Below, in pieces: positions 26,437 to 39,262 of a DNA stretch of 64,000 nucleotides. A program made the position numbers and the translations under genes. Location: assembly GCA_012295275.1 (NCBI GenBank), contig CM022668.1, positions 4,216,001 through 4,280,000 of the forward strand, given 5' to 3'. The notes under the pieces are model-generated. The model was given only the letters and a program-made list of their open reading frames with translations. It was not told the origin of the DNA and did no database searches. Origin of the DNA: Chrysomallon squamiferum (lineage: Eukaryota; Animalia; Mollusca). Positions within the stretch are counted from its first letter, which is position 1; each line of letters starts with the position of its first letter.

Positions 26437-27242
26437 GTGAGTATTTTCTTTATGTATATTTTATTAACATTATTTATGTTATTTATTTGTTTGTTTGGTT
26501 AGTTGGATAGTTGGTTATTTATTTTCTTGTTCGCGTTCTTGTTTGCTTAATATTTATTATATTGTATCTGTTTGTACGTTCATTCATTTGTTGTTGTTTT
26601 TCTTCCTTCCTTCCTTTCTTTCTTTCTTTATTTGATTTATCTTCCTTACATTTCGATTTGTTTTTTACAAATTACCTGCATAAAATACATACTCCCTGGT
26701 TTATTATGAGTTTTATTTATTTATTTATTGTTTTAATTTTTGTTAATATATATATAGTGGTAATTCTTTCTCTCTTTTTTGAAACAATAAAAACTTTATG
26801 TTTTATATTCTGTTTATAAATATTTAACCTAGTTGACCAAATAAGAGAATTTGATTTCTTTTCTTTTCTTTTCCTTGTTAATTAAAAATGTAACCAAGTA
26901 TTTCACACTTTGAAATAAATTGGGCTTTGACTGTATTTAAAAAATAAACAATAATACATATATATAATAATAATAGTAATAACAAAAATACAGAGTTAAC
27001 AGCAACAGAAGTAAAACAGTTTCTGCTTATGCAAACTTATAGCTGAACATTACAGTCCAGATTCTGCCTTTATTACTTTTCTCTGATTTTTTTTGGGGGG
27101 ATTTACTTTTTTTTTATAAGATGTTTTCTGTTTTTCTTAGATTTTATTCTTTTGTAAATGTTTATCCATGATAAAGTTTAATGTTGAAATAATTATATTA
27201 GGTCTTTGAGAAAAGCAGTTATGAAAACAGTATGTGATTGGT

Positions 27243-27273
<31 letters not shown>

Positions 27274-28278
27274 TTATATAAATCAAATTTTGTAGATTTG
27301 TTTTTATTTCTTTAAAATAAAGCCAACAGATAAGCCAATAGGATCTGTCAAAAGCAACAGTAATGAGTAACTAATTATATTTAAAAATATGTATTATATT
27401 GAAAAGTATCTATTAATGAATAATCATTAAGAGAAAACTAGTTCAATCTCACTGACTGCTGAAATAGTTTAACTTTTAATTTGAAATATTAAAAACGACT
27501 CAAATACCGGTTTGATTTCGTTTCACATTTCTGTTCTGTGGCTCACTCATTAAAATCAAAACAACGTCACAGTTACAATGTAAATAGCATTAATACCTTG
27601 TTGTAAAACAATAACTGATGCTGGAAAACTGCACCAGTCTTTTACATGACAGTTCACAGCCAGTACAAGATTAAATATTCTATCCTTCAATGGAATTATA
27701 TTTATAATTTTCTTCCGTACTTTCCAACAAGGGATTTCCCCTTGATTAAGGCCATGTTCGTTTTTGGCATATATCCAGCTTATAATGTTAAGATATTTGG
27801 GAACTAAAACCGATTGCTAAAATGAGAAAACAAAGAAATTGACACAATTGTTGAAACTGTACGTTTCGAACTATAACAAATAAAAACCGGTTTGCAACAA
27901 CCGAACATAACCGTAAAGCGTTTTATCTGAAGAACACATGCACAGTTCATGGGTCATACACTCGTGATTGTACTATTAGCTTAAAATTGGTTATTTTTAC
28001 TGAATAAAGATCCCTAATTGATATATATATATAAATTCTAAATAAAGTAATTTTCCAACAACTAGATTATATTAGGTGTGCATCGACTGAAACGTTCAAC
28101 GAATGTTCCGAAAACAAAAACATTTTTGTCGTATCTGATTCACATACATTACTACTAATAATTTTTGTTGTAAATTTATGTATTGAGTACTTTCCAGTGT
28201 TCAGAAAGTGTAATGGAGTCGTCTGATTCTCAAGCAAAATAATAAATAAAATCTACACAATTTTGTTTCACTTACTTC

Positions 28279-28309
<31 letters not shown>

Positions 28310-28807
28310 AAATATGTTATAATAAATAAATAATAAACTAAGCAACTTATTACAGAGCCATTGTTATTATTTTTTTCTTTCCTTATTTAAATTTATTTTG
28401 TAATTATCTAGACTAAAGCTAAGCTTTTGAACGACTATCGAGAACAAAACGAAAGGGAAAAACTGCAGTCTAACATTTCCTAAACTTTAAATCCAATTAA
28501 TTATACATGACTGCAATATGCAAAATAAAATAAATTAATTTAAATAAAACGAAGATTTTAGCTTTTTGTTTATATATATATACAGCTTTTCAGTTATATT
28601 CAAAAGCACAAAATTTGAATCCACTACATACTTCCAAGATTCTAAAATTACTGTCATTAAACAGCGAAAGAGAAAAATATATTAGAGATAAAAATACATC
28701 TTTATAGTGTTTCTTTAAAATATCCTAATAAATGTTACCGTCACGTTTTGTATACTCCAGTTATTATTATCATTGTCGTTGTTCTTATTATTATTAGTAT
28801 CATTACA

Positions 28808-28873
<66 letters not shown>

Positions 28874-29349
28874 CCATTATGTATCATTAAGAGATTTTAA
28901 TTTTTTTGTCATACTTTATGATAGTCTAAAATCCTTTGAATTATCATATATAATAAAAATAAGAATTTATTTATTTTTAGATATAAAAAATATATTTATA
29001 TTATTTTCTTGTAAATGTGTATTATCTACAAGTGTAAACAGTTGGTACTGATTAATTTCGCTAAAAAATAACAATTCTTTTTGCTGTCCTGATGTTTATA
29101 TCTTTTAAATGAAATCCAAAAACTTATTTCATTGTAAAAATATATGTATAATAAAAAGTATAAACTTACTGTATTGTTAAAATTTCAATATTTGTTATTA
29201 TTTAAATGAATGCTGCTGCATTTTGCAGGTGTTAATACAGAAGATAATATCTGCTGTAGGATCACAATGAACTGACTTTAGTATGTTTTAATTGCTTAGA
29301 AAACAACAGATATATTCAGAATTAACAACTACAGAAGATAACAGATTTT

Positions 29350-30330
29350 AAGACACAGTTTAAATTAAGGCACACATGTGAACAACTGATGTTTATATTT
29401 CCTTTCACTGTGGGCATACAAGTGTTTCAGCAAAATTAATTAATTGGGTGATCAGAAAAATGTATATTATATGTTTTCACAGCTTTAGCATTTAGTATAG
29501 TTTTGTTTACCAGACAGTGACTGGGGAAAATATTTGACAATATCATCATAAGAAAGAATTAAATAGACAGCAGTCATTAATTTTCCTTATAATTTATGTC
29601 CAACTATATACCAAATATTGGTAGTTTTCTGACTAAATTAAATTTTGTTCATCAAATACTCGTCTATTTGTTGTTGTTGTTACAACAAAAAATCAAATAT
29701 TGTTTCCTGATGTGGTAAGTTACTTGTTAAAACAGTATCGAGTTATAAATTTTATTTTAAAATATTTGTTTGAAAAGTATCTACTAGTATAAATCAAGTA
29801 CGTATGTTAATTATGAATAATCAAAAGTGAAAATTATTGTTGTATCTTACTGGCTTCTAAAACAATTAAACTTTTATGTTGAACTATTAAACGATTTCGT
29901 TTCGTCTGACGATACTTCTGTTCAGTGACTAACTCATTAAAATCAAAACAAGCTGAAGCTCTTACAATAACTGATTGTATTAGACTATCAAGCGTTTACC
30001 TGCCAGTCCACAGCCATAGCAAGCATAAATTTTCTGTCTTTGAATCAATTATATTTATAATTTTCATCAAGACAGTCCATAGCATGACACTGGAAGTCCC
30101 ACAAGGGTATTCCCCTTTCTCAAGGCCGGAGTCACACAAGGGTATTCCCCCTTCTTAAGTCGGAGGTCAAATCGGTTTCAACAATCGAACACACCGTAAC
30201 GTAAAGAAAGTAATTGATGACGCGTAACTCGTGATTGTACTGTTAGCTTGAATACAGATCATTAACAAAATAAAAAAAAGTTCAACAAAGGTTACGAAAA
30301 CAACAACATTTTTGTTGTACCTGATATACA
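29350..30330 (-). pseudogene. Second orphan caspase promoter/exon 1/intron 1 copy
   Basis: Homologous to 56650-57640, with the same truncation point as 23430. Two kappaB-like sites at 30105 and 30140. Confidence 0.7.
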
Positions 30331-30788
30331 TACATTAGTACTAATAATTATAGTTGGTAATTTATGTATTGAAAGAGAGAGAGAGATAAACTATAATAAA
30401 TAAATAAATAATAAAATCAACAATTTACTTCAGAGCCACTGTTTCTTTTTCTTTACTTTTTAAATTTAATTATTTTATATATTTTTTTCTTGCTTCTTCT
30501 TCTTCTTCTTCTTCTTATTATTATTATTATTAAAACTTTTCCGACTCTTCAAACAAGAGGTACGAAAAAAAGTAGATCTTGCGTAACACAAACTCCCTCC
30601 GAAGCCCTGTTATTTTATTTATATATTTTTTAATTTTTATTATTTTTATATATATAATTCACTATTTATTTATTTGCTTATTTGTTTGTTTGTTTGTTTG
30701 TTTGTAAGTATCTAAATCCAATCTTTTTAACTATTGAGAATAAAACGAACGGGAAATAACTCCAATCTAAATGTCCTGAAATTACATT

Positions 30789-31039
<251 letters not shown>

Positions 31040-31040
<1 letters not shown>

Positions 31041-34000
31041 CATAATCAGAAGAACTAAATCCATGGCAGACAGAAGAAAAAAGTGGCAGACGGCAGATTC
31101 TTCGTATTTAAAAAGCTGGTAACTGCCTCATTTTACTGGTTTTATTAACATCTGCATTCCTTCCACTGTTTGAATTTTTATGATTCTATGACAATGGCCA
31201 TTGTTTTGTTGTTATTCTTCTTCTTTTTTGTTTAAATCTGTCTTTTTGATCTTGTTCTTCATTTTATGTGCAATGTTTTGTTTATAGATTTGGTTGTGTT
31301 TGACACACAATGGAAACTGCATTTAATTACTCTTGCTATCTTTACTGAAAATGATTTTTGAAATGTGTCAACTCTAAAGTGAATACACTATATAAACTGC
31401 TTTGAGAGTTGGTTCATTTAAAAGAGTTTTAATTCACAAATTAGTACATGAAGGAAACAATCAAATTCAAATAGATCTGCTAAGAATAAATTGAAAATAT
31501 TATTATGACTATAAAAATATTTAAATTCAAGAGGTACTTTCTCTAAAGCACTATTAATTCAAACATTTGAGCAAGAATGCTAATATGAAGTAAAAAAAAT
31601 AATTCAAACTGATTTACAGTTACAGTTGTACAATCATAACACATTATGTTTTCATAACACGTACACTTATGTTCATTATTGTGATTTGCTTTCATGATAT
31701 GTTTAGTGATATATGAGCAGAAAATGTATCCACTTGAACAATGAAAACAGTGTCAGACCATACATAATTTTCATTACATTGCTTGCATGAATAATGGTTC
31801 AAATGTTTCAAAGTTCTCAGCAATAGTCAGTGTACCTAAAAAATTGATCTTGAATATATGGTTTAAATACAAGTATAAAAATTCAGATGGGTCTATGACA
31901 TTGAAATGTTTTTCATATTTTTCTGTTTGATGTCAAATATTTACTTTGATGTCATTTTCTATTTCCTTGTTGTATTTATCAGATAGCAAACACTGAATTA
32001 TCCTGGAACTTGAAAAAATATTGTTACTTTTTAAAGCTTCAAAACCACTGCTTATGCACAATGCATTAATAACAGGTTCAGTATATAATGGCAGATGTTT
32101 GTCTACTCTATCATAGAATAACAATAGCATGTATGATTAAAGTTGTCAGTTGAAAAGACAGAGAATTATCATCACATGAAACAAACTGATGTTCAATAAG
32201 TGTGGTATAGCGACCTCCGTGACAGGAATCTCCATGATGACAGACAATACTCTTCAGCTGATATTTAATTTCTGCTTTTTCTGCATTTTTACGCTGATCA
32301 TTACATTTTATGAACAAATTGTGAGAAATTTGAACATAATTTGAATTCTTTCTCATACATTTATCAAATAAAATCTCTGAATTGTGAAAATAAGAGTTGA
32401 AGGGAAAGAAACTAAGTGTTTGTTTAATAAACATTTATTATGTGAGCACATCCATGCCTTTTCTACTCTCTCTGATTTAATAAAATTATCAAGTAACTGT
32501 TGCACAGAACTATAACCCATTGCATCAAGATGACGCATTATGAAATGCCCATAATTATTTTCTCTAGATGTTGTTGAGCTACACTGTAGCAGATATACTC
32601 GTGCTGTAAAATAATATTCCCTTGAGCCCTTTCTGTGAAATATCTGATATCTCCTTGCAGTGTTTATTTTCATCTTTCAAATTTTTCAGTATTTCTATCA
32701 CACTTTCTTCTGCTATTTGAACTGGTATTTTTTCATTATTATCAGAACATACAGTTACAGGCTCACATTTATTTTCATGAAGAATTAACCATGCTAAATC
32801 ACTTGCTGCTAGGGCTTGCATCATTGCAGTAAACCAGCAGGTGTTGCCAAAATTCTTCAAAGGTCTCCAGATGAATCCTAAATCAGTGATATCTTTGTCA
32901 GCATTTTTCATATTTTTCTCATGGCCATAGTGCACACTTTTGTAGCAGTGATCATGCACCAGATTGGATTCGTCCTTTGTTTTACTGGTATTGTGTCTTG
33001 TTTCTATTTTAGTTTTGAGTGGTTGCTGAAAATTACCTTTTTTGTTAAAATTATCAATTTGCTCTTTATTGCTGGCCCACAAATGTTGTGTTAACTTTTT
33101 TACCAATTGGTTTTTTTATCTTCCTTAAATATTTTTTCACTTTTCATGCAATCTACAGCTGCCAATGTTTGCAATGAAACAGTCTGATTATGCAATTTTT
33201 CTGAAAAATCATCCAGTCTGTGTTTGGTTCTGCCTTGCAGTCCAGTATATTTCAGAATTCTAAACCTATTTTCAATTGTGCTAGTTGTTTTCATCTATTC
33301 ATGAATAAAGTTTTTACTACTGGGAATTTCTGATGCAGATTTTTCAGTCTGTGTTACATTTGTCAAAAATACATTTGTTTTAAACATTGAAGAAATATTT
33401 CTGAAAAACATTACTATTTTCATCAAATTTACATGGCAATCAGGTTTAGTTAATATTTTCTAAGATACCTTCAGAAATTGACTTAAACAAAGAGTCTTCA
33501 GCTAAATTAAGAAATTCTGTAGTAAACAGGTTGCAATATTTTTATGTCTACTTGTTCAAAATTAAATTCATCAAAATCAGAATATTCTTTTGAAATCAGT
33601 ATTTCAAAACAGTTGCTTTTATGAATTAGTCTGTCTAGGAGTTTACATGACTGGAGAACAAAACCACAAAAATATCAAATAGCAGTTCTCTTATTTCTTT
33701 CATGTCATTAATATTCATCACCAGACTTAACATATTAAGAAAAATTCTGCAGTTGTTGGGGTTTTCTTCTTACATTGTTTCCAGCAAATTTTGTTCACCT
33801 TATTCATGAAATGACTAGTGCATATGTGAACATATTTAAAAAATCAGTGTGCTGATTCATCATTTTCCATGATCGATGTAAAAATTGATTCAGTGTTTCA
33901 TTATTAAAATGTAAAAGAGCTCCTAAGATAAAAACCATTGATCAGTGTAGGGCAGGAAATATTGTTCTATCCAAATGTTTTCTTTTCAGCATATCTGAAA

Positions 34001-34340
34001 TTACAACTCCAGTCTAACATTGTTGGCAATGCTTCATTTTCACTAATCATAGTAGCAACAGTAATGCCCATCTTATCTTTTTTATAGCATATTCATAGTA
34101 TAAGAACTGCTTACCATCTTCATTTTTATGAACAATGCTGCCTGTAGCACCCAATATAAAGCAACTTTTTCTACTAAATTGTGATACAATCTTAATCCCT
34201 CTTCTGACCAATATAGTATATAATTAGGTTGCAAACTGATTCTTAAAAATTAAACCTGTGTAAGATTTTTCTTCCATTAACAGCAGAAGACTTTTGGTAC
34301 AGCCTTTGTCTCTTCCAACTTTTTTTCTAGATTCAGAAGA
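31040..34340 (-). mobile_element. Degenerate NOF-FB/MULE-like DNA transposon with a C-terminal USP (peptidase C19) domain
   Basis: Minus-strand fragments VFILGALLHFNNETLNQFLHRSW (~33870-33935), KYVHICTSHFMNKV (CxxH, ~33795-33838) and TTSTIENRFRILK (~33250-33290), then the USP boxes. Many frameshifts. Family assigned from remembered motifs only. Confidence 0.6.
32111..32900 (-). pseudogene. Frameshifted, intronless ubiquitin-specific protease domain
   Basis: Cys box LKNFGNTCWFTAMMQAL, FPSTLIFTIQRF, His box YQLKSIVCHHGDSCHGGRY (GHY changed to GRY) and FVSCDD, spread over three frames. Confidence 0.8.
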
Positions 34341-37300
34341 ATTAGCAAATATTTAAAACTAAAATACTGTCACAGTGACTAGTCTGAGTGGTATTGATAC
34401 CTAAAATTTGGCTCATCCGGTCTAAAGGGTAGCAGACTATAATAGCGTCACATGACAAGAAGTTAATTATCTGAGACAGCTTAAACTACTAAATGACTTT
34501 TCTCTGTCCACTAGAGAACAATAACACAAACAAGAATTCAATATGGATAATTGTTATATATATATATATATATTTTACATACATTTTCATAAATTAACCC
34601 TCAAGGGTAATAGATAGTTAAATCGAACAATGCGAACAACTGTAAAAGCAAACTGATGAAACTAAACTAATTAAGCCCAATTGGTAAACTGATCTTTCTA
34701 ACTAATCTTTTAATTATTAACATGCGTTATCTTAGTTTTTAAGCTAAGTTTGTACCACAGAATAATACAATAAAAATTCAACAGGAATAGATTTAGCTAT
34801 CTTCAATCATTCAACATGTATATTATTTAATACAAAACATTAAAACAAAATTTCCATTGACTGAGTGGTCCTCAGACGAGTATCTCCAGAAGGGCACCAG
34901 TCAAATTTTTCCAGTTCAAAACGCGTGCTGCTACTTACAAAACCATTATATAGCAGCCTTTCTGAATTTACTTTGCAACTTTTAATATCCATTTTGAGTT
35001 TGTTAATCCCAGTTTTTCTTAGTTTATAAAATAATGGAACTTCCCCTAATTATATAACAGTTTCTAAATATCCCATGTATGTTTGCATACACTCTGCTAT
35101 TTAGTTTTTGTATATTTACCGCCATTTTCTGACATTAATTAGGTAAACATTAAAGAACTGCAAAAATATAAAACATAAACATGATTATACAAGAGTTTCT
35201 CAAACAATAACTGCAAATAAATAAAACATTAACATGATTATACAAGAGTTTTTCAGACATCAACTGAAAATAAATAAAACAAATGAAAACATGTCCTTTA
35301 TCGGAATATCAGCTTCTTCCTCAAAGTGCTGAACAGTGCTGGTGACTGCTTGTACGTACCATCCTCCATCTTGGCGTTTCCTTTACCTACTCTTTCCCAA
35401 TTCAACCAGGATATTTCGCATGGCAACCAAGCTATTTCCCATTCAAACCAGAATATTATGAACCTTTTGTTAACAGACCTTTCTGACCAAAGAAAAAAGA
35501 TCCCTTTTTGCTGATCCCAGATTAATAAAATCTTTATTTGAACACATACCTGGAGATTTAGTATTCATTTTGTAGCAGGCAGTATTCTGCTCTTGGACAC
35601 CTCGAAATTCACTTGCTGAAGATTTTCAACAAAAAAATAAGTTAAAAATTAACAATTTATAATAAATAAGTAACAGAATTCAAACTAAGTTCTGCTATAC
35701 AATTAAATTAAATGCAGCTTAATGTGATTTCTGCAACCAAGCTATTTCCCATTCAAACCAGAATATTGTGAACCTTTTGTTAACAGACCTTTCTGACCTA
35801 AGAAAAAAGATCCCTTTTTGCTGATCCCAGATTAGCAAAACCTTTATTTGAACACATACCTCGAGGAATAGCATCCATTAGTTAGGGACAGCATGCTGCT
35901 CTTCCACACCTCGATAACCACTATCTGAAGATTTTCAACAAAAAAAAAAAGTTAAAAATTAAAAATGAATCATAAATAAGTAACAGAATTCAAAGTAAGT
36001 TGTGCTATAAAATTAAAATAAATGTAGCTTAATGTGATTTCTTTATTTGTCATGTCAGTTATTTGCTAATAATAAAGTTTAATGATAAAATAACAAAGAA
36101 TAAAACGAAGGTGTATAATGTGACCCCATGTATCAAGAAAAATATCCCCCAAAAACCCAGTAATTAATAATGTTGACAGTGATGATGATAATAACTATGA
36201 AGTCACATTTATGTTTATTTTCTTCTAACCATATGAAAAAGTACTAGAAATAAATTACTGTTATTAAATTGGAATGTTATTGACTAGCAATATTACACTT
36301 CAATATTATGATCAGATTAAATTCATGTTATAATGTTGTAAGTTTACTTGATCTGTGGTAATACAAAGTTTCTCGAATATTGTAGAAAAGACTGGCCTCC
36401 AAAAACAAATAATACAATCAGTTGGAAGTAAACAAATTTATACTTTGTGTTTAAAAGTAACAAAGTCTCAAATATATTCTGTACTTCATTATTAGAAAAA
36501 TATTTTCTCCAAAAGCAATGAAAAATTAATTAAATGTATAATTACTTTGTCCCCTTTGTTCTCTTAAGCTGATTTCACGACCTGAAACCAAAATATTTTC
36601 ATAAAAAATAAAAACAGCAGATGGAACCTTAAACCTAAATACAAATATCTCTCTCACACACAAACACACACACACACACGCACACAAACACACACACTCA
36701 CACACACACACACACACATACAAACACTCACACAAATGCAAACAAAATGTAAAAACATTTTGTATACATATTTATAAATTACTGCTAATACTATAAGAAG
36801 AAAAACATTTAATGGAAATATAAAGAATAAATTTAAGGGAGACAGACAAAGAGAAACAATGAGATAGAATGAGGGAGATATTCAGTGATACGAATGTGGA
36901 GAGCCCAGACTGGGTCTGTGTTTATGAATCACTCATTATGATACAGTAGCTGGAATAAGAGGAGGGAATCATGACTTACACACTGGGGAATTCAAATCTC
37001 TAGCAGTACAGGTATGTGTAAACAGCACCAAATAATCACAAATAATCATAAAAAAAAAAAATGAATGAATATATATGTGTGACATATACGTCTCACCTAT
37101 ATTGTTTGTACCAAATATAATGCTGTTATTAAAGAGGCCTATTCCTGCTGATCCCAAATTAGTAAAATATTTATTTGAAAATATACCTCGAGGATTACCA
37201 TCCACATTGGGGACGAGGCCCAGGTTTACATCATTTCTTTCTAACTGCTCTTCCACGTTAGGAATCTGATTCACTCCTATTTTCATTAAATAATCGAAAT

Positions 37301-38300
37301 ATTAAAAATTCATAAATAAGCAACAGAATTCAAAGTAAGTTCTGTTATAAAATTAAAATATATGCAGCTTAATCTGATTTCTTTATTTGTTTTGCGATGT
37401 CACTTATTTGCTAATAATAACGTAAAATGATAAAATAACAAAGACTAGACAGGTGAATCATTTCTTGCTGTTCTTTCAAAAAATATAAATAAAATACATA
37501 GTGCTACCAGGTCTAAGGTCGTATTATTTTTTTCTGCAAGCCGTATGAAAAAGCACCACAAATAAATTTCCTTTATTATTAAATTCGAGTGTTATTGACT
37601 AGCAATATTACACTTCAATATTATGGTCAGATTAAATTCATGTTATGCTGTTTAAGTTTATTTGGTCTGTGGTAATACAGTGCTTCTCGTTTATTGTAAT
37701 TAGAAAAGACTGGCCTCCAAAAACAAACGATACAATCAACTGGAAGTAAACATTTTATATACACATTTATAAATTAGTGCTAATAATATAGTATTTATAT
37801 AAAAATAATTACATTGATTAATTTTTGATGTTGACATTTTCCATTTTATTGTGGTATTATTTTGTTTATTAGTAATGATGAAATTGTTGCATAATAAATA
37901 ACAGAAAAGTTTAAATAATTGATAGAACTAATAAGATAAGTTAAAATATGGAAATCCTTGAGAATAAATGATAGAAACACCAATGTAATCTGATCATTTA
38001 CAGGAATATTATTACACTGCTTTTTTTATTTTTTTTATTTCTTTTGTTTCTTTTTTTATGTGAAAATAAAGTTACAATACAAATTAAGTTATTAGATTTA
38101 TGATTCTTGTGTCAATTAAAAATGTTTTTAGGGGTTTTGGTTTTTTATTTACCTGGTTCTGAAGGTGGACTTTGTATTGGCTGTTTACATTCTTTTTGCT
38201 ACAGCTTTCATTATGTGGTATTTTTAAATTAAACTCAGAAACATTTTGCTTGCCGGTACCTACATTGATGAGCAGTTTCAATCACAGTTGACAGATCCAC
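34340..38300. repeat. Segmental duplication of ~3950-7700
   Basis: Near-identical colinear sequence starting at aattagcaaatatttaaaactaaaatactg. The 3' flank is also homologous to 44600-46080. Confidence 0.92.
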
Positions 38301-39262
38301 ATCTGCAATATCTACATATGAACTAAATAGACAGCAATCACTAATTTTCATTATAATTTATATCCAACCATACACCAAATCTTGGTAGTTTATTGACTAA
38401 ATTAATTTCGTTTATCAAATATTGGTCTATTTTGTTGTTGCTGTTATTGGTATTACGATAAATATCGAACATTCTTTACAGATGTGGTAAGTTACTTGTT
38501 TAGTTGTTATAATCGATCTATGAAATATGTATGTTAATTATAAATAATCAAAAATATAGTTGTATCTTTCTGAGTGCTGAAATACTTTATATTTTAAAAA
38601 AACAGCAAAAAAAACAAACAGATGACATTTGTTTTACATTTCTGTTCCGTGACTGACTCATTAAAATCAAAACAACCTAACACTGTCACAATGTTTTGAG
38701 ACAATAACCTTGTATGTTAAACTATATCACACGTTTACCTACCAGTCCACAAACATTAAAAGCTTAAATATTCTGTCCTTCAATGGATTATATTGATAGT
38801 TCTCCTTTGGAAGGTCCTGTACGGTATTTTCCCTGAGAACCTCCTGTACGGTATTTCCCCTACTGAAATAAAGATAGCGAACAATCCCAGCCACTTTGAA
38901 ATCTGCGAACGAAAACTCCAGTGAATATACGTCAGTTTTTTCTATCAAACAGTTCGCAGTTTCAATCAGAGTAAATTTCGAACGACAACTTGTTCCATTA
39001 ACTAACCGAAAACTGTTTGACGTAACGGTGCTAAAACTTCGCTGGAAATGTTCGCTGGCAACACCACAGCGTACACAAAGAAGGCGCAGTTCGTGATGCA
39101 TGACTGGTGACGTTAGCTTAAGTGTTTATTTGTTCTGAATACTGATCTTTAATGAAAACAATGCATGTTTTTTTGGGTTTTTTTTTTTTTAAAGTCAGAC
39201 ATTTTTTGCCTGCCGGTACCTATATTGATGATCAGTTTCAATCACAGTTGACAGATCCACAT
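35298..39262 (-). pseudogene. Caspase derivative 2 (DEDs, DD-like exon and catalytic exons absent)
   Basis: Broken linker exons 39195-39262 and 38153-38302 (in-frame stops). Three YKM-type exons: 37187-37276 (GVNQIPNVEEQ...DGNPR), 35860-35924 (frameshifted) and 35550-35615 (SEFRGVQEQNTACYKMNTKSP). Truncated terminal exon 35298-35392. Confidence 0.8.
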
